A stretch of 63,920 bases of DNA, the filler included, from Choristocarpus tenellus KU-1152 (lineage: Eukaryota; Protista; Phaeophyceae), in assembly GCA_964200185.2 (NCBI GenBank). It is 9 parts of 9 records of this genome, joined end to end, with 100 filler letters (N's around TTAATTAATTAA, not from the genome) between each part and the next. Parts side by side here need not be neighbours in the genome. Positions count along the whole stretch, not along the records: positions 36,800 to 41,058 come from CAXNAD020015439.1; positions 41,159 to 52,997 come from CAXNAD020002109.1; positions 53,098 to 63,920 come from CAXNAD020002689.1; 6 more parts are not named here. One strand, 5' to 3'. Shown in pieces: positions 40,078-53,119 of the stretch. Under the pieces are notes generated by a model. The model saw nothing but the letters and a program-made list of their open reading frames with translations. It did not search any database and was not told the origin of the DNA. The position numbers and the translations under genes are program-made. The first letter of the stretch is position 1. Each line of letters begins with the position of its first letter.

Positions 40078-40340
40078 GAGTGAAAGTATCTTAGGGTTAG
40101 GGTACGAATTCTTCCCTGTTTGTCCGTTTGGGACTTGACTTCCTGTGGGTTTTTTTAATGACATGTCCTCCTCCAAAATGTTTCGGAGTAGGTAAAATGT
40201 ATACGTTATGAAAAGGTGTGTCCGGAACAAGGATACTGACACTTCCTAACAAACACGAAAACCAAAATTATATCAAAATCGTAACATTGAATTTTGCCCC
40301 CCATATGGACGCGACCCTTCCCTCTAAGATGCTTTGGCTC
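40078..40340 (-). mobile_element. MITE family A copy, near-identical to 38450-38713
   Basis: GAGTGAAAGTATCTTAGGGTTAGGGTA...AGATGCTTTGGCTC; TSD ATG (or CATG). Confidence 0.92.
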
Positions 40341-40484
40341 ATGACGAAGGGTACATTGAGAATACATACAACATTGAAACTGCAATTTATCAACAATTTA
40401 GTCTTGATGATCTTGGAAGAAAATCTATCTAGCAACTCTATTCTCAACCCTAAACGTCTAACCCTAATTTGAACAAACATTTAT

Positions 40485-40749
40485 GAGCCAATGTTTCTTA
40501 GAGGATAGAGCCGCGTCCATTTGGGGGCCAAAATCCAATGTTGCGATTTTGATGTAATTTTGGCTATTGTGCTTCTTAGGAAATGTCAATATCCATGCTC
40601 TGGACACACCTTTTCATAACATATATACTTTACCTACTCCTAAACATTTTGAAGTAGGAAAATGTCATGAAAGAACCCATGGGAAGCCAAGCCCCAAATG
40701 AACAAACCGGGAAAAACCCGTACCCTCTCTTAATAAGATACTTTTACCC
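40485..40749 (+). mobile_element. MITE family A copy
   Basis: GAGCCAATGTTTCTTAGAGG...AAGATACTTTTACCC; 4-bp TSD TTAT. Confidence 0.88.
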
Positions 40750-41607
40750 TTATCGCCTGTTGCTAGCATTCAAATGGAATGTATAAGTAGTACCCTCCCC
40801 ATATATCTCCCCCCTGCCTTTGCCCTCAAATAATTTCAAAGAATGTTCTCATCTCCTTCTGTTGTACAGGACGTTTCTAACTATTACAGCACCCCCTGTA
40901 CATGCCACTTTCCTATGTTCCAGAGTGCATGGCACAAAAAAAAATGGAAGTGGTTCACAGCATTGACCACATCGCATATTTCCACTTCGTCTGTTTTTTT
41001 TTCCGACGTATTGGAAAAAAACTAAGGCTTCTCCAATGATGGGTCAAAGCATCTGGGGNNNNNNNNNNNNNNNNNNNNNNNNNNNNNNNNNNNNNNNNNN
41101 NNTTAATTAATTAANNNNNNNNNNNNNNNNNNNNNNNNNNNNNNNNNNNNNNNNNNNNTAGGGCCTAAATGTACACCCTGGTGTAGACCCCCCCCCCCCC
41201 AACATATACTTTGACCCTACTATGTATTGCCTAGAAGGTGCGTATCTTAATTTCCACTTGGGACTTGGTACGCACCAGTGTCTAACAGAGCCACACCCTT
41301 CCTTGTCACCACCCCCGCCTTGGACTCCACCCTGTATCCTCCCTGTCCTGTTGTCAACCCCAGTGATGTCCACCTTTAAATGCCCTTCTTCCCTTGAGCG
41401 TTGCTCTCCCTCTACTTGAGCCATAATGTTATCTCCAGGATTAAGGAAGCTTATTGGTACAGGGTGTGTGTGTGGGGGGGGGGTGCGTGGGTAAGGGTCG
41501 GATCCATGTTGGTATGTTGCAGTTTGAAGGGATACAAAACATTGCATGCTGCACTGCGATATAGTGTTAGGTAGTGTGAGACACTATTTGTGGTGCCCCT
41601 AACTCAT

Positions 41608-41765
41608 GGCTCAAAGTATCTGGGGGGGGGGGGGTGGCGGCTGTCCATTTGGAGTCATTTTTTCATATGTCGGATGGATAATGTAATTGCACTTTTCCTG
41701 ATTTTAGACATAATGGACATTCTGGTGTAGACCCCCCCCCCACCCCCCCTCAGATACTTTGGGTC
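41608..41765 (-). mobile_element. MITE family B copy
   Basis: GGCTCAAAGTATCTGGGG...CCCCTCAGATACTTTGGGTC; 4-bp TSD TCAT. Confidence 0.88.
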
Positions 41766-41785
41766 TCATGCCAAGATAAGGGTGA

Positions 41786-42042
41786 GAGTGAAACTATCTC
41801 AGAGGGTACGATTTTTTCCCTGTTTGTCCATTTGGGGCTTGGCTTTTCACGGGTTTTAAATGACATTCTACCTACTCGAAAATGTTTCGGAGTAGGAAAA
41901 TGTATACGGTATGAAAAGGATTGTCCAGAACGTGGATATTGACACTTCCTAACAAACACGATGGCCAAAATTACATCAAAATTGCAACATTAGGTTTTGG
42001 CCCCAAATGGACACGGCTCTACCCTCTTAGATACTTTGACTC
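41786..42042 (-). mobile_element. MITE family A copy
   Basis: GAGTGAAACTATCTCAGAGGGTA...TACCCTCTTAGATACTTTGACTC; TSD TGA. Confidence 0.9.
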
Positions 42043-42767
42043 TGAAGGAGGCAATGTACTGCAAATAAGAGGAATTATGTATGCCAATGGGATGGTCTGA
42101 ATGCTGCATCAAGTCAACAAAGTGAATTTACACCGCAGCGTACCCCCCACCCCCTCAACTTCAAAACAATATTACTAATTGCAGTATTGACCTTACTCTC
42201 CTCACATCTGAACTGCAACTGCATAATGTGATGCTTTCCTAGGTATATAGTGACGCTACTCAAATCGCTTCCATGACACCCTCCTCATGGCTTTACTCAG
42301 TTTGCCTAGTTGGTCATTGTCTAGCATGAATTACACCATTTTTTGGATGGGATTTGTGTACCAAGGTATAATCCTGAGCGCATCTCATTTTTTTTTAGCA
42401 ACTATTTCGTACACAAGGTGAAACAAATTAAGCCCAGCGTTTTTGAAAGTCGAAATTTGTTAGTTACTCATCCATCCGACCTTGGAGGATGTTGCGCTTA
42501 CCTAGCAATAGGTTGGTGACTGTACAGTGATCTTCCCGTAGACTGATTTACAAGATCTGTAACAGTTGCTGCATTGTCCCCATGCCGTTTGCATTCTGCA
42601 GCTACCACCTTTAATCATGAAGCAGAGCAAGGAAATGGTTGTGTAACTCACCTGACTGAAAATACGATATTATTGAGCAAGGGTATGGATCTCTTCAGAT
42701 GCTATCGGTACAACTCTGACCACTAACCTCCCTACCATTTTCAAGGAGGTCAGCAAGTTTCCATTTT

Positions 42768-45700
42768 CTACATCGAGATGGACTCAATTAGTAGAGGTGT
42801 CTGATTTAGTGCAAAATATCCATATCTCCTTACCAGCACCAGTTTTTTCACTAAACACACAACCATGGCAGGAATTTCTGGTGTCAAAATTACCTCCTTC
42901 AGGAGCACCTCGCCATCCTCCTCCAATTCAGTCACAATGATGTACACACTGCATCGAACTTGAACCTTGACCCTAACCAACCCTGTTCTCCTATTCACTG
43001 AATCCCCCCTTTCCCTCTGCCTTGCCATGACACCCCTGACTGCCGTTTCCGAGGTCTCATCTGCACCCCCAACAACCCCTTGACTGCCTGCCAGGTGGAA
43101 ATTGTCTGCTATTGGGGTGACTGGTCCGGCACTACTGGCAAGTGGATCATTCCTGGTAGACCTGCTGATGAACACCATCGGGCAGACTCAAAGTTCAGTG
43201 ACTTTCTTTTTTTTGTTGTATATATATATATCACAATACAACCATAAACAAAAAAGTATTTTGAAAGTATGTTGATGGCTCACGCACTCCTTTTGTATCT
43301 GAAGCAATTTCCTGGAGACACATGGCACGAATTAGGATTGTGAATCAAAACAAATATATATATGGTCAGTTCTGAGCACAGTCCCTCTCAATTCTGACAA
43401 TGGTTTAGGCACTGCACAAAAAAGACTAAAAGTTCCTAGTTGCAGCATTCTTACTGTATTGGTGATGATGAATATAATGAACTGCGATTGTTATCACACG
43501 CTACCAATAGTATGATTTCCCCCAACCCGTGGTTAGAGGTAACTCGAAGGAAAGCATATACTGCTCTGATGGAAGAAGCTAAACAGAGTCAAAGTATCTG
43601 TGAGGGGTGTGTGTCTTGGCCGTTTCGAAATTTATGTTAAAAAAAAAATCACCTCAAGAAGATGAAGACATCAGAAAAGGGCGTCTCAACAAGGATAACC
43701 TGCTTCAAAAAAAGACAGAAAAGAAATCGCTCTGAAGCTGTGAAGAGCGTCCTTCAAGAACAGGTGTCAACAGAGAGATAGAGGGCCCATAAAACTCAGA
43801 GGCGCCCTTCCCCCCCTTGATTATTTTGGCTCAGAACTCCAAAAATATACTCCGACACAACAAGAAGAGGACCAATATAGCGCGAGGGGATTTTTTTTTT
43901 GGAGTCCAATCAAAAACATAATCTAGATTATTGATGGCGACATGTAAGACCCCGATCTTCTTGCTTCTCAATCGTTGAGCCATTTTGGCTACCTACTATC
44001 GCTCAGTTCTCCTTTCCGGACATAAACAATGCGTGGCAATTACATGCTCACTACACATGCTGCAGTTGGAAGTCGAATGCTGCATGACCCCTGCGGCCTT
44101 ACCTGCTGCAGGTTCCTCTCTAGATAATTTCTCCCCTTCTTTGTTGTTAAGTGAGTACCCTACTACTTCAAAACACCAACCTCTGTCTCCTCAAACATGT
44201 ACCACTCTGCTCTCCATGCCTCCTCCGTCTACTAATCGAAGAATCAATAGCCGCTGTTGTAGGTGTAGATGCAGTGGTGATAACAGAAGATGAGGTAGTT
44301 GTGGTGATGTGGGAGCAGCTGTGTCCAACAGACATCCCAGTGCTTGGTTTTTTCCACGTAGAAGCACTCTTAGGGTCATTGTTGGCATGCTCTACTTCAA
44401 TGCTGAGGGATTGAGCTGAAACTTCCTGCACTTCTTGGCTAGGGAGAGGTACAGTGAGTTGAATTAAATTCTCGTGTAAGTGAGTACATTCATTCTTTGC
44501 CACTGATGCTCCAGCTCCTTGAGGGGACACAGGTATGGTATGGTTGCCAGGGCCACCAAAGTTCTTGTGGAATAGACGTACAGGTCTGACTGTGCTAGGG
44601 AGGCCTTCCATGGTTATTGAAGACTCTGGAGCTACACCTTCTATTCCGACAATAGTAGGTCGGTCATCCTTCTGCAGCCTTTCTGGCAAACTTTTGAAGG
44701 TAAAATGTTGGTGGTGTTGTCCCTCATGGCTGGATTCTTCACTCAGCCAACTGCAACTGTGGGTTGGACAGTGTTGATATGGCGACAAATGTGTTTGACC
44801 TGAAATCTCTGTGGTAGTGCCTCTGCTCAAACTCAAGCCTGGCTTGCCTGGAGGGGGCAGGAATAAGTGAATGAGGGAGGTTGGTGTAACAGTGTGGACT
44901 TCACATCTTTCAGAAGGGGTGGTCAAGAGCGCTGAAGCTATGCCCTGCCCTTAGCTCTCGCTCCTGACCCTCCTGATACCTTCCCATGCCAAAATACCAC
45001 CCAATGTGTCACTTTGGTGGACTGAGCCTAGGTGACGAGAGGTACTCGGGTTTGCATTTTAAGGATGTTGACAAAGTTGCAAAATTCGAATTTTTGTACA
45101 AATTTTTCTTTTCTGAATTCTATCCCAAACTTTCCAGCAACAGAGAAACCAACGCCCTCTAGTCAATCCTAGCACTTTATCCATAGAAATATGGATGGAG
45201 TGCAACAAATGAAAAGAGGTGCATAAAAGGCCATAGACCAAAACCTGGGTACCCCTTGTTTTATTTGACTCACTGTCTACTGGCATATCCATGCCCCTGT
45301 TTAATACAGATGGAGGGAGCAACTACAGTAAATGTTTATTTGTAGCCAAGGCTTATGGATGTGATATTATTGCACAATTCTTCCCTCATTCTTTTTCCAA
45401 GGCCACTCACTTACCTCATCTGGGCATCAGATTACGTTTGCAATGGTTTTGATGTTTACCCTCTTCATTTTGACATGGTGACATGGAGGATGACAAGACA
45501 TGGATTCACATCTGTTGCAGCCTAGTGATGCTACAGTCACCTTTACAAGTGATCAGTACATTTATTGGATGTGGACTTGGATGCCATACACTGAGGTTGC
45601 CCTCCATTTACCAACCTCTCACCTGTACTGGCTGGATGAGTAACACTACTCCTGCCCTGTGTTGAGCGCTTCACAGGGGACTCTACAACCTGCGCTGTAT

Positions 45701-46408
45701 TGTCCCTAGCCCCTGACCTCTCTGTCAATCTTGAGGAAGCTGCTGGGTGTTGCTGCTCTTCCTTCTCCTTGACATGCCCCACCTCACTTGTACTTTCACC
45801 ATTTAACCCTTTGCCAACATCTTTGGGCACAAACATGAGCAAATCACCTTTCGACAATGCTTGTTGTCCATCCACTGTCTTGGCCTGCACAATTCCCTCC
45901 CCCTTCTCCCCCCCAGCATTTGCTCCCACCACCTGGTCTTTTGAACCTCCTTGTTGTACCTGAGATTGGTCTACGCTCTTTGCCTTTCCCAGTTCGAACT
46001 GAGAACCCCTGTGGATGTTCTGTCCGCGCTGGTTCACTTGGCCCCCACTTCTGAGGCTATCTTCCCAGCTCATCCTCGTCTCTGTTGGATCAATTGAGGC
46101 CCCTTGTATATGAGCTTTGTTTCCCTTTATTCCAATATTACTTTCACTCCTATCTTCATCATTGACCATTTCATCACTAGGACTCACGGCCACCTGAGAT
46201 GGGTCGATTTTCCTGCCCCATGCATGTCCTAATTCGGTGACATTCTGATTGGTTCCAACCCTCCCACCAATGCTAACTATATCATCCTCATTCAAATGGC
46301 CTGGGCTTATGCTGCTCTTTCCACTGGGTTGTGCCTGTGGTGTTGCCATCATTACCAACTTGGAGGAAGACCTGGGAATGATGAAGCACAATGAATACAC
46401 GACATCAT

Positions 46409-46444
<36 letters not shown>

Positions 46445-49135
46445 GTAGTCAATTAGGTGGTGGTTTTGTGTGGAAGGTGGTCTTTAGGCAAGGTTGGTTG
46501 ACTGTGAAAATGATAGTCCGTAGGTGCTGCACCATTACACCCTTTGAATTTGGAACAGAACAATGCTGATAAGCTGGAGCCAACCGAGCTCAAAGTGTTC
46601 AGTTTCAACGAAAAAACTGCAGGAGTGCTGCTGGTCATGAGTCCTTCACGATTTAAGTGAGGAGGAAAAGTCTCCAGATCGGATGGAAAAACTTAATGGT
46701 CATCTGCACACCCACACAGACCTCAAACTCTCTTCCCACGAAGGTTGCTTCAATGAAGTTTCCTTTGATGTACGGCGTTTAGCAGGAGAAGGTGTCCAAG
46801 GCGTTGCCCATGAGCAATGGTGTGTCCTCGAATCATTCACCTCTATAGATGAAAAGCGCCTTGGGGTGGCATATCTTTGAACCCGAGTCTCCTGTCCTGT
46901 GCTCCCAGGACTTGACTTGGATCTTGACATGGGCCCGGTGGAAGACTTTGCTTGGGAAGCAGTTCTGGACGAAGAGTCAAAATTCCCCATATCGCTCATC
47001 TTTGGGCTTATGACAATTAGCAGAAGAGATGTGGGAGAAAGCCAGGGAGGAGGGATAACAGGTTATCAAATGTCCGCGGAATACTCAAATTGTGTGAGGT
47101 TATTTGTTGCCTTGGATTCTATCTCCTCCCATGTACTACAGTTACAGATGTGCTTTGATAGTGTGTATCACCTTTTTCAATTGGTCATATTTTACATCAG
47201 AAGGGAAATAGCACCATAGATGTGTCCCAAGGAAGCAGTTCCTCCACTAGGTGATATTGCACTGATGAAAATCCTCAAGGGTTAGAGTTAGGAAGCCATG
47301 TACTAGATAAAGTCTAAAGAAGTTGACCAGGATGGCTTATCAACACGTGATGAATAAACTCGTACTCTGGAGTACTTTTCGAAGAATGGAGGATTGAGAA
47401 ATTAGGATGTAAGTTGAATTAGAGGAGGTTGTTAGCAGATTGTCGGAAGTCTTTCACAGTTCGAAGTATAAATTATTGCACCATCGATTTTTTTATACAG
47501 CCCAACATTGTATGTAATATTGCTTGTGTTTCAAGCCTTGTAAAAGAGTATCAAGTGCCAATTTCCTCATCTTCATAAACAAAACCACCAGTGAATCACC
47601 AGTACATTACTGTAGAATACAGAAAATAAGAGGGTGGAACCGAAACTTTGGAGGAACCCATTAGGTGCTGTTGCATTTTTAAAGAAGAACGAGCTTGAGG
47701 CCACAACGCAATAGTAGTGGGAGTCAAGTTATCGGTTGCTCAAACCGTGAACAACATGACAGCAATATTTCTTATGGGAGCAGAACTCAATTACCAGAGA
47801 GGGCATGCATGGAACCATATTGAAGTGTTTGTCCCAAGAAAAACTGAAATATAACAGGACCTACCAAAGGCAAGAGCACTACCAATCCGTTGTCCCCTTG
47901 CTCCTTGCATTGAAAACACCCTAAATATTCTCAGTTGGTGCGGGTGAGAAAGAGTCCCCGGTCCAATGTGAGAGATAAGTCCTTGACTGAATTATCAACC
48001 CAATTCAAGAAGGTATGGAGTCTATTTGTATTTTTCTTATTACCCACCCTAGCCCACCTGACCAGCACCTTGTTGTCCACTGCAGAGGAAGAGCGCCTGA
48101 ACGTCACCGTGAGGGGGCGAGACAAGGTCATGATTTGTCTCAGCTGCTCGTCAGCAGGGCACAACCCCTTCACCTTGACCCCACTTATCGCCTGAACTAC
48201 ATCACCTTCCTTGATATCAAGGGAACATGCACCTTCACTGTCCGATTTCACCTTTCCATTCAGGCACGAAGTTACCATAATGAAGAACGACAGTAGTTGC
48301 GATGTGCAGGTGACGCTATTTTCACTTTTCTTCGTGTACACTACCACTGCACGACCACAAGACTAGACACAGGAGGCTTCGCACATTGTCGCGCTTCTTT
48401 ATGTGACGGTATAAAAGAGTGATGTGCTGCAGAGAAAGATTATGCCAAGGTGCTTGGTATCAAGAAAACGATGCAAGGATTGCTATGATATAAAGAAAGG
48501 AATGCGTATGAATTGCAAGGGATGTATATATATATACTTGGGCGACAGTGATACTTCTACGAGTCAGAGACAAATCTGCAGAGGGGCAAATATGCTCTGA
48601 AAGAGAGAGCGGCAGCCTTTGTTGAGTCCCTTACTATTGATTGAATTGAAAAATGCATACTTTTACAGATATCAGAAAAATACGTTGTGTTTGGGTCAGG
48701 ATATTGCCTAAGGTCGATTATTTCTGATCATGCCTAAAGAGACGCAAACTATAAAGATTTTTTGCTTGATAAAATACAGCGATACCCCAGTGGATGCCCT
48801 CCTATGCATTATATGCGGATATGTTGGAGATTGAATCTTGATAAAGTTTGGTCTAAACGCCGTCACACTTCTCGCACCTGACTCACGATGAGTTGACCAT
48901 TAGTATCAACATCGAAGGCTATTCCCAGATCGTTGAATTCCCTCCTCAGCTCAATCTTGTGGCGAAATGAGGTCTGTTTAGAAAGTCCGCAAGTTTTCTC
49001 AGCTTAGAGGTGTCTTCGAGAGTATATTCGTGCCAGAAGTTTATGAGACAACACAGGTCCCCCCTTCGTTTTCAATCATCAATATAGTCCTCACGATACA
49101 TGGGTTTCTACCTTCGTGTTCTCTTCTTCAGGCAT
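42768..49135 (-). CDS. Large protein with N-terminal PDZ-like domain and long low-complexity exons
   Basis: Exons 49135-49100 (MPEEENTKVETH), 48973-48878 (..NDLGIAFDVDTNGQLIVSQ) and 48251-~48058 (VKSDSEGACSLDIKEGDVVQAISG..IMTLSRPLTVTFRR) form a PDZ pattern. Long same-strand ORFs at ~46700-47000, 45543-46400, 44168-44926 and 42768-43178 are probable downstream exons; boundaries uncertain. Confidence 0.65.
43586..43832. mobile_element. Possible third MITE type (C) with the same terminal core
   Basis: GAGTCAAAGTATCTGTGAGGGG...CCCCCTTGATTATTTTGGCTC; interior unrelated to A and B; TSD imperfect. Confidence 0.5.
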
Positions 49136-49391
49136 TTTCGACGATACGTTGGGAGGGCGGACGAGACCACTTTGCACAAAATGTGCCGACGTTGTCTGTT
49201 GCTTAAAGTGAATCTGTTCCTCTTCACTCTCGACTCGAAACCAGGCTGGAGAAATTCGTTGATCATCTATCAGTTTCGCAGAAGAAGGCCTTCGATGACA
49301 TAGCACTCCTTCCTGATTTCAAGATGATTAGACAAACCTCTTCTTCAATCAAGTTGAAAGACCCGCTACGCTGTGTTCATCTCCTTAGAAG

Positions 49392-52117
49392 ATGTACATT
49401 CACGCGATTGCTCCCGTTCTATGCTTCGGTGGGGCAGCAGCTTTCACTACCCCATTTCTTAGTCAGGGCATACGCTCAAACCTTGCTTCCCAAGGGTCAC
49501 GGTGAGAGAACACCAGTATCGCATGAACAAGAGTTTATTCCTCACACCAGATCAACAAAGCTTCCCCTTCGCTATCAACAATTTTAACTCCTTATTGCAC
49601 ACGATCTTACGCTTCCTTTTTCCGCAGCTCGATGTCTATGTCTGGGAACATTGCTGTTTTTGGCGCGACAGGCCTCACAGGGTCAGAGGTGGTGTATCAG
49701 GCACTTGGTCAAGGATGCAAGGTATCAGCCTTTTGCCGCGATCCTTCCAAGCTAGTGGTGAGTTTGGATAAGAAAGGTGCAGCCAGCATTTGCTAGATTG
49801 GGGTCTAAACGAGACTGGGAAGGCTTTGCATTTTGTTCGCACAACAATAGGTAGGAGAGACACTTAATGAAATCCGTATCTTGTTTTCCCTGGCGCAGGT
49901 GCCGGCTGGTAGTGGCGGGTCTAAAGCTGGAGATCCGATGGCAGGGGACGAAAATCTCCGCACCGTTCAGGTAAATTTTGTCTTGCCCGTATTAGTTTCG
50001 CTGTAGCATAATCTTGAGCTAATCCAGTCAGATACTCTTAGCTGTGGTTGGTATCACTCGCTGCTACACCAAAAATACTTCTATCCCTTCACATCCATAC
50101 GTCAGTCCCTACCCACCACCACCACTGCCTGACATTTCTGAAATGTCCTCACACCTTCCTTACTTCTGAACTATCACAGGGGAACGTCATGAATCGTGCA
50201 GATGTTGACAAGGTATTTGAGAACGGGGATATAACTGGAGTTGTAGTTGCGCTGGGAGGCAAGACCAAGGATGTGGGAAAGACCATGTTAACTGATGGAA
50301 CAACCAACATCATCGAAGCCATGAAAGCCAAGGAAGTTAAGAAGATTGTAGTAATGACAAGCATCGGAGTGGGGGACAGTGAGAAACAAGCACCGTTCTT
50401 CTTCAAGGCAAGAGAGTACAGCAAATAAGTGCACAAGTGAAGTAATACCATCACGTTTTCCTAATGCACTGCTATTGCTTTGATAATTCCACGACAATAC
50501 TAGCAAAGTCTTAAGAACCCTTGACTATGTGTTGGATTCATAGTTGCTATTGGTTGAGCTCTAGTGCTGGTGTGCTTCTTCCTGTGGTGAGTATCTTTCC
50601 TGACAATTGTTTCGGGTCGCAATCAATGTTGGTGCTATTACCACAGAGGTTACAGGAGTTGTGCAAACACCCTTTGTGTCCTAATTCCTCTCTGCTCCTC
50701 ACCCTCCATGCCACCCCAGCCTCCAGTTTGTCTTCAGTCCTGTTGTAAGTACTAACCCTTCTATCCCTACAGATGTGGCACAACTGTCTTAGATTGCTGA
50801 TTAAAAAGATGATAACACATCAAGCGCTTTTGACTCCTGTGAGACAAGTAGCTGCTTTTCCAAACCGTCTGTTTTTATTTGCCACGCGCAGCCCCTCTTC
50901 GCACTCCTTTGAAACAATGAAAATCTAAGTAACTTGGCAGCAGTTATTTATGTGTCTTTCTTCTGTATGTTTATTGTTCCCATTTAGAACTCTACACCTT
51001 GATTCCAACTCACTGACCTTTTTGATCCCAGACCACAGACTTTGCACGTAAACACTCTTTGTGCCAGGTTCTCATGTACACAGCAATGAAGAGCATCTTT
51101 GAGGACAAGAACAAGCAGGAAGCACTCTTTACCAAGGGACCAGGAAAGGACCTTGAGGTCAGACAAATTTGTGTTATTTTTTATTGTGCGTATGTGTGCG
51201 CATGTACACAGTGCACTCTGAAGTAAACAAGTGGAGTTTTGGAGTGTCATGTTTACATGGTGAAGCATCTGACAAGATGGGTGTAGCTAAGAAAAATATG
51301 AAGAAATGTGAAGTATTTTTTGCAAGCGTTAGGTGTCTGGAGATGGTTCTTCACCAGTTCTTCCCCGAAGACTGAATCTTACTGGAGGTAGAACTCAGTA
51401 CCACTTTTTCAAGTCGTTCAGTTTGCTGATTGAGCAAAGAAAACGATATGCAATTACCCTGAGCCATTGTTTTGAAACCTCAGCGACTGTCCACACTTTC
51501 ACCGATTCAGTGCAGTTTCCTCCTCTGCTCATTGAGGAATTTGTACTGTGTGAGTGAGAGAGGTGATTATCAACCCCAGACTTGTTGAGAGATCAAACTT
51601 TATCTCAGGCAGAGTGTGATATTTCCACCTTTAGATTCAAAGGTGAACATCTTCTATATGGCTGTACACAATCCTTCGCAACAACTGAAGTGGAACATGT
51701 GACAGTATATCTCAAGCTCCACGAGTACGCGCGACACCCCCCACAAAGTCAAACATCTGTCAGTACCAGCCTCCTCCTTCTCAGCATCGTTGCACTGAAG
51801 AGACCACTTGCAACTGAACTGTGGTGCATTGGGTAGAAGGATCGAGATTTTAAACGCCCCCTTGAGCACGAGGAAGAAGCAGCGGATGAACCCACTTCGT
51901 TTCAAACGATCCCTGCTCCCTTGAGTCGAGCTTACACTTGACCATTCCTACAAAATGCACAACTTCAGGGTGCACCTGCTATCATTGTGTCCAACACGAT
52001 ACGTTTCTGCACTAAATTTCTGACTCCCCCCCTTACGCTCTGCAGTACACGATTGTTCGACCTGGTGGACTTACTGTTGACCCCCCCACCGGTACCATCA
52101 ACGTCATTGAGGGAGAG
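49392..52117 (+). CDS. Plastid-targeted NAD(P)H-binding atypical SDR (flavin reductase/BLVRB-like), 3' end not found
   Basis: Exons 49392-49501, 49628-49757, 49899-49970, 50180-50407, 51068-51157 and 52046-52117. Motifs IAVFGATGLTG, AFCRDPSKL, VVMTSIGVGDS, EDKNKQE, YTIVRPGGL. N-terminus MYIHAIAPVLCFGGAAAF-TTP resembles an ASAFAP-type presequence. Confidence 0.9.
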
Positions 52118-52965
52118 GTGAGCCAAGCAAGCATCACCTTTAATACGTGTGTGAGGTTTCTGACCCCTACACCTAGGCAAAGCTTTAGAAGTAGAGTTCA
52201 GGATTGCTTGCCTCCGTGGCATGTGAACGTCGTGGTTCATTTGCTTCCTTCCATTGGGTGGAAAAAGGGATGGTGTGAGGAGTGCGGACTGGGTTATTGC
52301 CAGCCAACAGATAACAACATCTCCTAGAATGTGCTTGAGAGTGTGTTTGTTTCCAGTGCCTACTCTGCCCCAGTGCTTCAAGCTCTGTTTTCCCTGCTGT
52401 GGAAAGGGGATGAGGTGCAAGTGTCTAGGTTGCTTGTCTCTGAATGCTAGAGGGGTCCTTGGATGTAGTGGTTATTGTCGCAGGTGCTGCCCGGGGAGAG
52501 GAGAGCCCTGTCCGCCCTGCCTCATCTGAGAGTGTGTTTGTAAATGAATGAAGTGGGGCAACTGCAAGTCCTTACATGAGCTTGTAGCTCAGAATGTTTG
52601 ATGGTGCTGATCTTTCTTATCCCTTCCATGATCTAGATTCCCCTGAACTCTTGCTAACCCTAACCCTAACCCTAACCCTAATCTACCCCACCACTTGTCC
52701 GAAAGAAGAGATTTGCGATGCTTATAATGTTAAATTTTGGCCAGTGGTAACTGTGAGCACTTGCCAGGCTCTATGCTGACCTTGTATCTTTTTCAAACAT
52801 AACTTCAGCACCAACTGTTTTTGTTACTTGGAAACTGAAGCATGTGTCTGTGGGTTCCTCTTGCAGAAATTGCTCATGTTTATCACAGCAGTGGCTCTTT
52901 CCTCTCTAGCCCCTATATTCCAAGGGATTATCTCTACCCCCCTTTGCCCCCCCCCCCCCCCCCCC

Positions 52966-52997
<32 letters not shown>

Positions 52998-53119
52998 NNN
53001 NNNNNNNNNNNNNNNNNNNNNNNNNNNNNNNNNNNNNNNNNTTAATTAATTAANNNNNNNNNNNNNNNNNNNNNNNNNNNNNNNNNNNNNNNNNNNNTTC
53101 TTTTTAAAACAAAAAAAAC

